From assembly GCA_963807605.1 (NCBI GenBank), contig CAWECG010000001.1, positions 352,001 to 416,000 of the forward strand: a stretch of 64,000 bases of DNA, in the 5' to 3' direction. Every line of letters starts with the position of its first letter. Within the stretch, counting starts at the first letter, position 1. Under the pieces are notes generated by a model, which ran no database searches, was not told the DNA's origin, and saw only the letters and a program-made list of their open reading frames with translations. A program made the translations under genes and the position numbers. This document shows positions 9,605-19,379 of the stretch, in pieces. This DNA comes from Candidatus Bathyarchaeota archaeon. Lineage in GTDB: Archaea > Thermoproteota > Bathyarchaeia > 40CM-2-53-6 > RBG-13-38-9.

Positions 9605-9994
9605 ACCAATCAACATCTCCAGACCTGACTACAGCTCAATAGTAGAGATGATTGCCCGGCAAATGGTCCTGCGCCCAGATATTGAAAGCAAAATGGGGGC
9701 ATGGGACATGATCCGAGACAAAAAACCAGCTCACACTCTGGATCTTACGGTCAAGCTGAAAACACAAGTGAATATCTGGGAAATGAATGCAACCTGGATA
9801 ATGGACGGCAAAGACAATCTGAGGAGAAGCGAGCCTAAAATATCAAAATTGTCGCCATAATCAAAAACATAGCCCGAGCTCCATATCCAGAAATTATTCT
9901 CAGAAAAGGACATAATTACGGCTAGTCATGTCCCCAAAAAGACATCACAGACTGTTCAATGTGTTCAGGAGTCTACACAGAACCAAGCGCTATT

Positions 9995-10831
9995 TCAGAT
10001 TCCTTTTAGGGCCAGGACTTCTTTGGCAGGTTTTCTATCTTTGTTGCAGCTGATCAATCGCGGAGCATCCAAGAAACGCAGTTCATATCCCAAGTCCTCG
10101 TAGAGTTTGCATATTCTTGGGGTTGCCTGATTGGAGAGTACAACCGGGCCGGAATGCTCTGTCAACCAATTTGCCAGGCGCACCTGATCGTCCCAGGAGA
10201 ACCCTTCCTTAGAGTACTGGGTAAATATCACATCATAAGGCGGATCCGCATACACAAAATCATCTCGAGAAAGTGAGACCTTCTCGAAATCTCCGGTTGT
10301 AAACTCCCATTCTTGGAAAACCCGTTTGTACGGGGTAAAGTCGTGTGCGTAGTTGATCTTTTGGTATCGACCAAAGGGAACATTAAATTCCCCTGACCGG
10401 TTAAACCGGCAAAGCCCATTATAGCAGGTCCTATTAAGATAATAGAATAACTCAGCCGCTTCTTTGCTGCTGGCTTTTCCAGTCTTTACAAGTTGATTGA
10501 ATCGTCTTCGATGCTGATAGTAGAGTTTTCTATTGTTAGCCAGGGGTATGTCTGTTACAAGGCCCTTCTTGAGCCTTTGAAAGAAGTTTATGGCGTGATT
10601 GTTGATGTCATTAAGAAGAGCCTGAGCAGGCATTAGGCCTAGAACAACAGCAAGACCCCCACACAGCGGCTCAACAAGCCTACGGTCTCTGTAAGGCTCC
10701 CAGATTGGTCTCAGATAAGGAACAAGCCATCTCTTTCCACCAGCCCACTTCAACGGGGGTCTAAGCGATACACTCTCGTAATGGGAACGGTGTGAGGTCT
10801 GGCTCAAGCTTGACTCCATTACGATTGACAC
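9995..10831 (-). CDS. Dam-family (D12 class) N6-adenine DNA methyltransferase, copy 1
   Basis: LKWAGGK, LVEPLCGG, YYLNRTCYNGL.R.N, ADPPY. Confidence 0.93.
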   Translation of the reverse strand: MSIVMESSLSQTSHRSHYESVSLRPPLKWAGGKRWLVPYLRPIWEPYRDRRLVEPLCGGLAVVLGLMPAQALLNDINNHAINFFQRLKKGLVTDIPLANNRKLYYQHRRRFNQLVKTGKASSKEAAELFYYLNRTCYNGLCRFNRSGEFNVPFGRYQKINYAHDFTPYKRVFQEWEFTTGDFEKVSLSRDDFVYADPPYDVIFTQYSKEGFSWDDQVRLANWLTEHSGPVVLSNQATPRICKLYEDLGYELRFLDAPRLISCNKDRKPAKEVLALKGI

Positions 10832-10895
10832 ATCAGCCAGAGATAAAGCACGCTGGCTTTAGCACCTCACCTTAGATTGCACAAGCAGAGAATCG

Positions 10896-10920
10896 AGTAC
10901 AATTCCAGGTGCTCTCACCA
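10896..10920 (+). repeat. tRNA-3'-like site abutting a truncated gene
   Basis: AGTACAATTCCAGGTGCTCTCACCA. Confidence 0.75.
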
Positions 10921-11231
10921 GTCAGAGCCACAATGCCAAGTCTCCGCTGAACCTCTTCACTCTGCACACCCTCAGACCGTGCAAACCTGACAGCCTCACC
11001 CAAAGCACTCGTAATAGTGGAAAGATGATTCTTAGTACAGGGAATACAAGCCACATCCTTCAAGGTTGGGTAGGGATTCTTAACTACTGACACAGGCGCA
11101 ACCACCACTTTGGTATCTGTATACTCACTACGTATCTGTGAAAGCCGTTTTTCAAGCTCTTTTGAAGCAGACTCCAGCTGTCTCTCTAAAGACTCGGACA
11201 TTACGCCTTCACACAGTACCAAGGGTGCCAT
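10921..11231 (-). pseudogene. Hypothetical protein truncated at the CCA site
   Basis: Coiled-coil plus ACIPCTKNH; ORF reads into the repeat. Confidence 0.45.
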
Positions 11232-11309
11232 GGCACTAATAGCGTCTTCTCAATGTTGCCCACGATGTTACTCACTATGGAAGATGAAAAGAGTAGAAGT
11301 TACAGCGAC

Positions 11310-11495
11310 AGGCAGTAGAAAACATACGAATCCACTACACGAAAAGACACGAAAACGGTAGAAACCACTAGAAAACAGACGAATTTTACATTCAAAAAAA
11401 TTTTTTTTGGGAGGGAAACAAGTTCGTGTTTTTTCCTATCTTTTCGCCTCTTTTCTACTAAAAAAGGAAGTAAATTCGCATAAATTCGTGTTCTT
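11310..11495. repeat. Inverted 10-bp-phased GAA/TTC array around an A7/T8 centre
   Basis: GAA at 11341, 11351, 11361, 11371, 11381; TTC at 11423, 11433, 11443, 11453, 11475, 11485. Confidence 0.75.
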
Positions 11496-11543
11496 AGCAA
11501 ACCTTATTCAAGTTCCTAGGACTCAATTTGAATAGCGGTTAAA

Positions 11544-11732
11544 TTGTCAGAAGACAAGAAGAAAACTGGAAAGATAAGCAAGCGCGAGAATATCATTCAA
11601 CTCTTAAAGACTAACAAACTGTCAAATGCACAAATAGCTGCCATGCTTGGTACTGACGAGAAATATGTTTCTCAGGAGCGCGCGCTTCGTACCAGTCTCC
11701 GAATACGGAGAATCGAGTTCAATTCCGGGTAG
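11544..11732 (+). pseudogene. HTH protein N-terminus truncated at a (GC)4 run
   Basis: LSNAQIAAMLGTDEKYVSQ followed by GCGCGCGC 11678-11685. Confidence 0.55.
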
Positions 11733-11747
11733 TGGCGCTGCAAGCCT

Positions 11748-12392
11748 TTACTTGTCATAGACCGTGGGATCGGTAACATCTGCATCTTTGAAAGCCTTCT
11801 TGCGGTTCACGCATGATTCGCACATTCCACAGTGATTATTCTTGTTCAGATAGCAGCTCCATGTTAACTCGTAGGGGATGCCGAGTTTCATTCCCAGCTT
11901 GATTATTTGGAATTTCTTCATTTCGTGGAGGGGCGCGTCGATGACTATCTGGGTTTCTGTGCCTTTTCTCGCTGCTGTCTGAAAAGCCTGATAGAATTCC
12001 TCTCTGCAGTCTGGATAATAGGGGGCATCGGATGCTTGTGCTCCGTACAGGATCCTGCTGGCGCCTATTGAAATCGCATAGGCGACAGCTATCGATAGAA
12101 ATATTGCATTTCTGAATGGCACTATGACGACTGGCTTGAATATTGAAGGCATCGGAATTCGATCGTCCATAAGGGCTGTTGCTTCGCCGAAAACGTCTTT
12201 GAGGGAGGCGAGATCGATTATCTTCTGATTAATGCCTAATTTGTCAGCGATCATTTTTGCATGAAGGGTCTCTTTGGATGCGATTTGGCCATAGTTGAAT
12301 GTTATCGAATATACTTCATCCCCTTGTGATTTGGCTTGGTAGGCAACGGTTGCGCTGTCGGGTCCGCCGGAGAGAATAACTACGGTCTTCAT
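11748..12392 (-). CDS. queC: 7-cyano-7-deazaguanine synthase
   Basis: SGGPDS, VPFRN, YPDCR, TWSCY..CGMCESC. Confidence 0.95.
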   Translation of the reverse strand: MKTVVILSGGPDSATVAYQAKSQGDEVYSITFNYGQIASKETLHAKMIADKLGINQKIIDLASLKDVFGEATALMDDRIPMPSIFKPVVIVPFRNAIFLSIAVAYAISIGASRILYGAQASDAPYYPDCREEFYQAFQTAARKGTETQIVIDAPLHEMKKFQIIKLGMKLGIPYELTWSCYLNKNNHCGMCESCVNRKKAFKDADVTDPTVYDK

Positions 12393-12396
12393 GGTA

Positions 12397-12882
12397 TCAT
12401 TCTTTCCTTAACGAATTCGGTATTCTGAGTCGTAGGAGGGTTCTGTAGACGAGGTATCCCAGGCCCGTTGTAGCTATTGTCAAACCAACAAAGACATAGA
12501 CGAAGGTGATGAGGTAGGGAAGGTGGAAGACAAGACTCAACAAGAATGCCACCCAGACCGAAACAAGCGTACTGTAGACCTGCAATCCAAGAAGAACACT
12601 CACATGCTTCAACCTGTACACTGCAAGAAGACCAAGTAGCGAAGGCAACACGCTCAACAGATCGATAGGTCCGAGAGGACTGGTCAGGTTGCCAATAAAA
12701 ACTCCAAGCGTCAGTCCGTAAACCGCAGGCAATCCGAACAGAGGAACCATTCCAATCAAAGCATTCGCTATACGAATCTGGATTTGTTGAAAACTTAATG
12801 GAGCAAAAACATTTACCAAAGTAACATAAAGTGCACAACAAACAACAACGAGTGCAATATCAAGAGTTCTGATCTTATCCAA
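12397..12882 (-). CDS. queT: QueT-family (COG4708) queuosine-precursor transporter
   Basis: ALYVTL..APLSF..IQIRIANAL, LGVFIGNL.SPLG.ID; TTG start at 12882 after GGGAGG SD. Confidence 0.85.
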   Translation of the reverse strand: MDKIRTLDIALVVVCCALYVTLVNVFAPLSFQQIQIRIANALIGMVPLFGLPAVYGLTLGVFIGNLTSPLGPIDLLSVLPSLLGLLAVYRLKHVSVLLGLQVYSTLVSVWVAFLLSLVFHLPYLITFVYVFVGLTIATTGLGYLVYRTLLRLRIPNSLRKE

Positions 12883-12885
12883 ACT

Positions 12886-12950
12886 GTTTCCTCCCAACCG
12901 GGGTTTCTAAAGCGGAACGGAGGGAGGCCTCCACCCGCTCTCCACTCATT
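12886..12950 (-). promoter_or_regulatory. Structured 5' leader of queT-queC with anti-SD loop (candidate riboswitch)
   Basis: GAGCGG-GU-GGAG[GCCUCC]CUCC-GUU-CCGCUU hairpin; loop complementary to the GGAGG SD. Confidence 0.5.
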
Positions 12951-13193
12951 TAGGGACGACGAATGCTAATAAGACCTTGGAGGCTGCTTTGACCAAGTGC
13001 GCGCACCGTGATACTAGAGGTAAGTAGAAGCGCGCGCTTACGTATGACATTTTTCAAATCTATTGCAACCTAGAACGTATGTTGTTTGCTTCCGTTCTAT
13101 GATTCATCAGGGTGAAGCGAACTCGGCGCTACACTCCGCGGGGAATCTATATTTGGAAGTAGGACTAGGGCTACCGTAGTTCAACTCGGGCTT

Positions 13194-13548
13194 CTAGTCC
13201 TGTTTACTTCCGCATTTTCTGCAGAAATGTACGGTTACAGGTATGCGGGCTCCGCAGTTTAGACAGAATTTGGTTTCTTCCGCCGTAGTAACTGGTGCGG
13301 GAGACGGCCCACTCGCTTGTCCTTCTGCTGCTGTTCCACCTTTTCTCTTACCTTTCCTGCGTCGAACAAAAAAGACGACTCCAATAATTATGATTAGTCC
13401 AATAATCACGATAAAAGAGAATGCGGTTACTGAAAGACCCAATATGCTCATTGATGTCGATGCAGCCGTAGTCGTTATAGTCTCGTTCGAGGATTCTGAG
13501 GTTGTGATTTGTGAGGTTGTGGTTTGCGGGTTTGTTGGAACAGTTTGA
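13194..13548 (-). pseudogene. C-terminal fragment of a surface protein (Thr-rich linker, TM helix, zinc ribbon)
   Basis: FCLNCG..FCRKCG; open frame begins at GCGCGC 13549-13554. Confidence 0.7.
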
Positions 13549-13754
13549 GCGCGCCCGGGCGTTACAAGGTTGCGAATAATTTACCGGACAACATTAGACT
13601 TAGGCACCTCAGGGTCACACTAGCCACTCAATAAAGTGAAGGCTCCAGAACAACGGATACAAAGCAAAATATGAGTTCTCCTAAACATATGTGATCAATC
13701 AAGGAGCTCCAGTGGTGGTCCGAACCGATGGAGTAAAGAAGAGATTATGTCAGC

Positions 13755-14621
13755 ATGAAACATGTGGTTAAATTCCAAGTCTTAACTGAAAGGCAGGAGT
13801 CGAGATTGCGTCAAACCTTAGGTATAACTCGTTTCGACACTACTGTTTCACTTAGACCCCCGCTTAAATGGGCTGGTGGTAAGAGATGGCTTGTTCCTCA
13901 CCTCAGGCCAATTTGGGAACCTCATAGAAATCGTCGGCTCGTTGAACCTCTGTGCGGCGGGCTTGCTGTTACCTTGGGCTTGATGCCTACTAGCGCTCTT
14001 CTTAATGACATCAACAATCACGCCATAAACTTCTTTCAAAGGCTCAAGAAGGGACTTGTGATAACCGTTCCCATGGAGAATAATCAAAAACTCTACTATC
14101 AGCATCGAAAACGATTTAATGAGCTTATCAAGACTGGCAGAGCTAACAGTCAAGAATCTGCCGAGTTATTTTATTATCTTAATAGAACTTGTTACAATGG
14201 ACTATGTCGTTTCAACCGGTCTGGAGAATTTAACGTACCTTTTGGACGGTACAAGAAAATCAATTACGTACGCGATTTCACCCCCTATAAACAAGTTTTC
14301 AAGGAATGGCTGTTCACAACAGGAGATTTCGAGGATGTCTCTTTAGATCCGAATGATTTTGTGTACGCAGACCCACCTTACGATGTGGAATTCACCCAAT
14401 ACTCCAAAGAAGGATTCTCATGGGAGGACCAAGTGCGTCTGGCTAAGTGGCTCACAAAACATTCTGGCCCAGTTGTACTTTCCAATCAAGCCACTCAGAG
14501 GATATGTGGACTGTATGGTGAGTTGGGGTACAGCTTGCGTTTCTTGAACGCGCCTCGAATGATTAGTTGTAAGGGAGATAGAACTCCCGCTAGGGAAGTC
14601 TTGGCTCTGAGAGGTATTTGA
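13755..14621 (+). CDS. Dam-family N6-adenine DNA methyltransferase, copy 2
   Basis: Same motifs as 9995-10831; close paralogue. Confidence 0.93.
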   Translation: MKHVVKFQVLTERQESRLRQTLGITRFDTTVSLRPPLKWAGGKRWLVPHLRPIWEPHRNRRLVEPLCGGLAVTLGLMPTSALLNDINNHAINFFQRLKKGLVITVPMENNQKLYYQHRKRFNELIKTGRANSQESAELFYYLNRTCYNGLCRFNRSGEFNVPFGRYKKINYVRDFTPYKQVFKEWLFTTGDFEDVSLDPNDFVYADPPYDVEFTQYSKEGFSWEDQVRLAKWLTKHSGPVVLSNQATQRICGLYGELGYSLRFLNAPRMISCKGDRTPAREVLALRGI

Positions 14622-14794
14622 AATATGTCTCCTCGTGACCCAGGGACTGAGAGTGTGTTAGAAAAAAGATGCTTTCAGGTGAAGGCCCCTAGAGTCATAA
14701 GTTGCGTGGGTACTGGATGTGGCATGATTTCGGAGTTTGTTATTGGTAACTATTTGACACCAAAAGCCAAGCACAATCCATTGGTTGACATTGG

Positions 14795-16081
14795 TTGATG
14801 AAGATGCCTCGAAAGGTCGAGAAGTGGGCAGACATAGTCCGACAGCTTGGGCTAGACATATCAAAACCAGTCAATCCCGTGACTGCGAAACAAATCAAGG
14901 AAATCACTCACGAAGAACCTAGGCTCATGGCTAAGATGGATACTATAGAAAGCCTTCCATCGATTTTCAGAGAGAATGGGCTTTTCTTACTACCCGCAAG
15001 CAGAACCGAGTATTTAATTGTGAAAGGCAAAGGCTACCACAAGTTAGAAGATTTGCCCACCAATGTCTTGGTACATGAGACTCGTTATCTCTTTCCGTCA
15101 TCTGCATTAGGTGTTCAAAGCGAGGGAATTTACCTTGATTATGCGTACTCTTCTGGGTTGATAGGAAAGATCAGCGGTGGCGGCAACCTGATACTCGCGT
15201 TCCGCGGGAGAAGAACGACTCCAAGATTCAGTTTCAATGTAAGCGAACAGGTCATTAGGGTCGATGGGGCGCAAATCGAGGTAGATGGCGCATATGAGAG
15301 TTCTGAAGAAGTTGTGCTGGTGGAATCCAAACTCGGTATCCCCAGCTCGTTCAATATCCGACAGCTTTACTATCCCTACAGGACGTTTAACGATAGAAAA
15401 CATCCAAGGAACTTTTTCTTCTGTTTCGAGCAGATCCGAAATGAGTACTTGTTTTGGGAGTATGATTTTAGACCACATACGAGTTTCGAGTCTATCGAAC
15501 TTTTGCGCGCGTTAAGATGTCAAGTGAAAGTAACAAATCCCGTTACTGCGGATGATTACAGGGATGTAATGCCTGCCAGAAAAATCATCCCGCCTCAGGC
15601 CGACTCCGTCGATAAGATAATTGAGCTTCCATTCAGAATTTCCGAAGGATACGACACATCTGAGAAGATGACAAGAGCCTTTGGATTTGTTCAACGACAG
15701 AGTTCGTATTACCGACAAGCCGCTGAATTGTTGGGACTGGTGGAGTCAAAAGATGACAGGTACGCGCTCACTGACTCGGGAGAGCGCTATATCAAGTTGC
15801 TGCCAGAAGAAAGGAACAACTACATCTGCCGCCTGCTACTCAAGTTTCCCATTATGAATGATATATTCCTCCAATTATCTATCAAACGGGGCAGCCATGT
15901 CACCAAGCAGAAAATTATAGAGATCATTAGGGAACGTTCACAGTTGACGGGCACGACCCTCACAAGACGTGCCCAGACGATTATCTCGTGGTTTAAGTGG
16001 ATAAGAAACAATTTAGGAATCGTTGAAGTCGACAGAAAAGGCAATGTTTGGATCTCGAAGCAATTACCACAGTCTCAATGA
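14795..16081 (+). CDS. Putative type II restriction endonuclease (DUF6996/DUF6997-like)
   Basis: EPRLMAKMD, QIEVDG.YE, VESK, FNIRQLYYPYR, PQAD, RQSSYY; directly downstream of the MTase. Confidence 0.75.
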   Translation: MMKMPRKVEKWADIVRQLGLDISKPVNPVTAKQIKEITHEEPRLMAKMDTIESLPSIFRENGLFLLPASRTEYLIVKGKGYHKLEDLPTNVLVHETRYLFPSSALGVQSEGIYLDYAYSSGLIGKISGGGNLILAFRGRRTTPRFSFNVSEQVIRVDGAQIEVDGAYESSEEVVLVESKLGIPSSFNIRQLYYPYRTFNDRKHPRNFFFCFEQIRNEYLFWEYDFRPHTSFESIELLRALRCQVKVTNPVTADDYRDVMPARKIIPPQADSVDKIIELPFRISEGYDTSEKMTRAFGFVQRQSSYYRQAAELLGLVESKDDRYALTDSGERYIKLLPEERNNYICRLLLKFPIMNDIFLQLSIKRGSHVTKQKIIEIIRERSQLTGTTLTRRAQTIISWFKWIRNNLGIVEVDRKGNVWISKQLPQSQ

Positions 16082-16192
16082 AATAACGCCCTTATGGTAT
16101 AGGAAGTCTCAGACTCGGGCAGTCCATCGTGTCAGCTCTGAGGAAGTGGTTGAATGAAATCCCTCCACATCGCATTCGCGGTCTCTAGCGGC

Positions 16193-16240
16193 TGTATGTG
16201 CTCACCATGTATCGCACACATAATAGATATGGCTCGCTGT
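16193..16240 (+). repeat. Degenerate CTCACCA site plus partial S-module
   Basis: TGTATGTGCTCACCATGTATCGCACACA..GGCTCGCT. Confidence 0.7.
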
Positions 16241-16290
16241 CACTCATCTCACCCGAAATGATCCATTAGAAACCTACTTGGGGTCGCGGT

Positions 16291-16821
16291 ATGACGAATC
16301 TTGACGACGGCAGAAGATCCACTGAGTTAGAGATCAAGTTTCAATCGGACAAGTGGTCAAAGAGATGGACAAAAATTGGACGCGTTATTTTCGGGTACAT
16401 GCCCGATCGGTCATTTGAGTATTGGTCTGAAGCCACCTTTTGCTACGTTCACGGTCTCTTTAATGGGTGCATAATACTTTCAGGTATGGCCATCGAAACA
16501 GCCCTTAAGCAGGTTCTTGAAAAAAAAGGGAAGAAATTGAGACACTTCTCCCGCATGGAAATACTGGCCAAACAGATGAATTTAGTGAGTAGAGAATCTC
16601 TGGAGAGAATCAGTTGGATTAGAGAATGCAGAAATATGTATGTTCACTCTGACATTGGGCAAATTATCAAGAATATTGAGGGGCTTGTTGAAATTCCCAA
16701 GAGAGCTTTGGAGACACCTGAACAAAGTTGGGCGATTGCATCTCTGGAAGCAGAGGATACCGCATACAGAGCGCTATCAAAGGCAAAGGAAGTTCTTCTG
16801 GAAATGTTTCCTCCGAAGTAG
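16291..16821 (+). CDS. HEPN-superfamily (DUF4145-like) protein
   Basis: AIETALK and RNMYVH (Rx4H). Confidence 0.65.
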   Translation: MTNLDDGRRSTELEIKFQSDKWSKRWTKIGRVIFGYMPDRSFEYWSEATFCYVHGLFNGCIILSGMAIETALKQVLEKKGKKLRHFSRMEILAKQMNLVSRESLERISWIRECRNMYVHSDIGQIIKNIEGLVEIPKRALETPEQSWAIASLEAEDTAYRALSKAKEVLLEMFPPK

Positions 16822-16856
16822 GTTCTTAAGATCACTCTCTATTACATGGGTTTCCT

Positions 16857-16880
16857 CGTCGCTCACCAGCTATGGCTCAC
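16857..16880 (+). repeat. CTCACCA site between convergent genes
   Basis: CGTCGCTCACCAGCTATGGCTCAC. Confidence 0.75.
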
Positions 16881-16893
16881 ATCAACTAGCGAA

Positions 16894-18093
16894 CTAAACG
16901 ATCTTTGAAATATGGCTCATGCTCCACACATCTCCTTGCGGAAACCGAGAATCCAGAAACCTTCTGATATTCGGATCTGCCTCGTCCTTGTCGATCCGTG
17001 CGTAGAAGGATTGAAGGGTTATGCCTTTGTCTTCGAACGCTTTCCAAGCATAAGTAAAGTACAACATGCTTTGGAAGGTGCTTGAGTTGACGTGTTCTTT
17101 TAGAGGGGGCAATGCTTTGTCTTTGTCTGCTAAGAACTTAGTGCAAGCCTCGTGACCCTCGTGAAAAAGCAGATTGGAAACATCTATCGCTAGGATGTTG
17201 CTTGCAGTTTTGTACTTGAAATCTGTCTTCTCGTCTATTGCGCGGATTACCTTGTACACAACTTGGCTTGGCTCGGTAGTGTTTTGTAGGCTCAAATGTG
17301 CGCTTGTGCATTCAATCTCAGTGCTTTGTAAGTCGGTGAGAATAAAATCCGGAGTCTCTGCTTTGCGAAATGCAGTGTTACTAGAGATTAGCGAGGCGGC
17401 AATCCTAATCTCTAGACGAAGCCCGTAATAGTTGTCAACGGAAGTGCGCCGCAATTCTTTCTTGAAATGTTTGAACAAATCGATTTTCCTTTTCCGGACG
17501 ACTTCGAGATCTTCGATCGCGAATTTTACGTAAGCGGCTTCAGCGGAACCGAGTAGCCTATTGCTACTGTAATTCTGCTCAGCAGAAATCAGGTGACTGA
17601 CTAGTGGATGGGCAGTATCTTTCAGTGTTAGCCCTGTTTGCGTCTTAAGCTGATCGAGTAATTTTTGGAGATTTCTCTTGAACGCTGCCTCGCTTTCGGC
17701 TGTTGCAGTTCGTAAGGGGCTGTTCACGTCGGTTCCTGTTGCCGTTTGCGATCTGGTCGGGTTTTCCGCGTCAACTACACCTAGCCCAATTGTCTCTGGA
17801 GACCATATCAAAGTGATCCTCAGCGCAGCACTTCCAACAAAGTGACTTAATTCTATTGTAGCCACACGTGTTCCGTACTTGGAGGAAGAATGGATGAGGT
17901 GTAGACGCGATTTCGAGTCTCGGACTAGCTTTAAGAGGACACTATCTGAGATTGCTTGGACCAACACACCGGAAGGAATACTGGTGTCGAATAGTTCTGG
18001 AGATCTGTATCGAAACTCAATTGTCCCTTCAGGAAGACGCAGAGCTTCCTTCGCTTGTTCAATTTGATCTTTATTGAGATCAGGAAGAAACAT
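16894..18093 (-). CDS. Hypothetical protein with a C-terminal PD-(D/E)XK-like motif
   Basis: LEIRIAA..TPDFIL..EIECTS; 399 aa. Confidence 0.55.
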   Translation of the reverse strand: MFLPDLNKDQIEQAKEALRLPEGTIEFRYRSPELFDTSIPSGVLVQAISDSVLLKLVRDSKSRLHLIHSSSKYGTRVATIELSHFVGSAALRITLIWSPETIGLGVVDAENPTRSQTATGTDVNSPLRTATAESEAAFKRNLQKLLDQLKTQTGLTLKDTAHPLVSHLISAEQNYSSNRLLGSAEAAYVKFAIEDLEVVRKRKIDLFKHFKKELRRTSVDNYYGLRLEIRIAASLISSNTAFRKAETPDFILTDLQSTEIECTSAHLSLQNTTEPSQVVYKVIRAIDEKTDFKYKTASNILAIDVSNLLFHEGHEACTKFLADKDKALPPLKEHVNSSTFQSMLYFTYAWKAFEDKGITLQSFYARIDKDEADPNIRRFLDSRFPQGDVWSMSHISKIV

Positions 18094-18148
18094 AGACCTT
18101 CCCGCGAGGCGCCACCTTTCTCATCTAACAACCGTGTCTCATTCATTT

Positions 18149-18177
18149 TGTGGTGGAGGTGCTCACCAAGGGACACA
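18149..18177 (+). repeat. CTCACCA site with (GGT)n left arm and AGGGACAC right arm
   Basis: TGGTGGAGGTGCTCACCAAGGGACAC. Confidence 0.85.
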
Positions 18178-18227
18178 TAGCGAAGAACCTAAGGGAATCC
18201 GGCAATGCCGTCATAACATCCAGCCTA

Positions 18228-19151
18228 CTAGTCAAGTAACCTAGTCAGTTTCTGAAGGCTGAACTTCAGATTTAGGTCCTCCAAGGATTTCTTTCTTTCT
18301 CTAAGGTTTTCTTTTGGCTGAACTTTCTCAATCCAGTCAGCCAAAATGTTCAATTCGACAACTATTCCTATGTCAATTATATTATGTAGAATTCTCAGTA
18401 GCTCATCAAGTTCCGCATAAATGATGTTAGTCTTGAAGAGATTATTTTCCTGTAGAAGCCTTCTACCGATATCAGTCCTATCAGGAATTACATGAACGTC
18501 CTTAGATAGTTTGTTGTACAAACCTGCATACACGACCTGGTATGCTTCGGGGATGTCTATAATCTTCCAGTCTATCAATTGCTTAATGAGCACAGAGAAT
18601 GCTGGCATCCGTATGTATTCTCTCTGAAAATCTGCGTCTTCAAAAAGCACCGATGTTTTGTCAAAGATTGATGCGGATGTCTCTTCTAGATCTTTCACTA
18701 TTGATGGATCTCTTGCTATCAGATCTTCTATCCAATTCTTTACCGATTTACGGTTATGCTTGTCTGAGTCTTGCTCAATTATGCCAGCATTGTCTCTAAA
18801 CCTCTTGTGTGCCAAGCACTCCCAGAAAGCCCCTCTTACCAATAGCTCCAGCGTATTCCTGGAGAGACTATATGCGGAATTGTAGAAACCAGCGAGTCCT
18901 TCCAGAAGTGCTCTATGAGCCGAGTTAAAAGTTTCCCAATGATAAAGGAGAAAGGCAGACTTTTGCTTCCAAGATGCCTCTTTTGGGTATGAAAGCGAAG
19001 CCAAAAGCATAAACTCATGGATAGAGTCATGAGTTTTGACTGTTTCTGGATACGCTATTTTCAGGGATTCTAGTATGTTTAATATTTCAAGCTCTTTGAG
19101 AGTGTAATAGAATGTGTTGCTTATCTCTTCTCCACGTTCCGAACCCGTCAA
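18228..19151 (-). CDS. Hypothetical all-alpha protein, HEPN/Abi-like
   Basis: SAYSLSRNTLEL and LYNKLSKDVH patterns. Confidence 0.5.
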   Translation of the reverse strand: MTGSERGEEISNTFYYTLKELEILNILESLKIAYPETVKTHDSIHEFMLLASLSYPKEASWKQKSAFLLYHWETFNSAHRALLEGLAGFYNSAYSLSRNTLELLVRGAFWECLAHKRFRDNAGIIEQDSDKHNRKSVKNWIEDLIARDPSIVKDLEETSASIFDKTSVLFEDADFQREYIRMPAFSVLIKQLIDWKIIDIPEAYQVVYAGLYNKLSKDVHVIPDRTDIGRRLLQENNLFKTNIIYAELDELLRILHNIIDIGIVVELNILADWIEKVQPKENLRERKKSLEDLNLKFSLQKLTRLLD

Positions 19152-19379
19152 TGATAGTCATTATTCTCTAGATGCTAATCACATATATCGGCTTTTGCAG
19201 TTCTACGCACGCGTAGTAAGAGTAGCCAGAGTTTATCAACAGTTGTACGGGTTAAGAGAACAAGTTAGCTTATACGAACTCTTCTCCGGTATCCTTGCCT
19301 TAATCATCCTGGGTCTGTTTCCGTTAGTAAAGTAATTATACAACTCATGGTTCTGCTATGCGAAAACTGTTAACATCCT

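Noticed and set aside
11748-12897. Dpd-type 7-deazaguanine DNA modification or QatC-like defence system
   Set aside because: QueC is canonical in size and paired with QueT; no dpdA/tgt paralogue or qat genes are present; archaeosine precursor supply is the simpler explanation.
15505-15511. GCGCGCG inside the REase gene as a junction scar
   Set aside because: The ORF is continuous with family-like motifs on both sides, so the run is compatible with chance.
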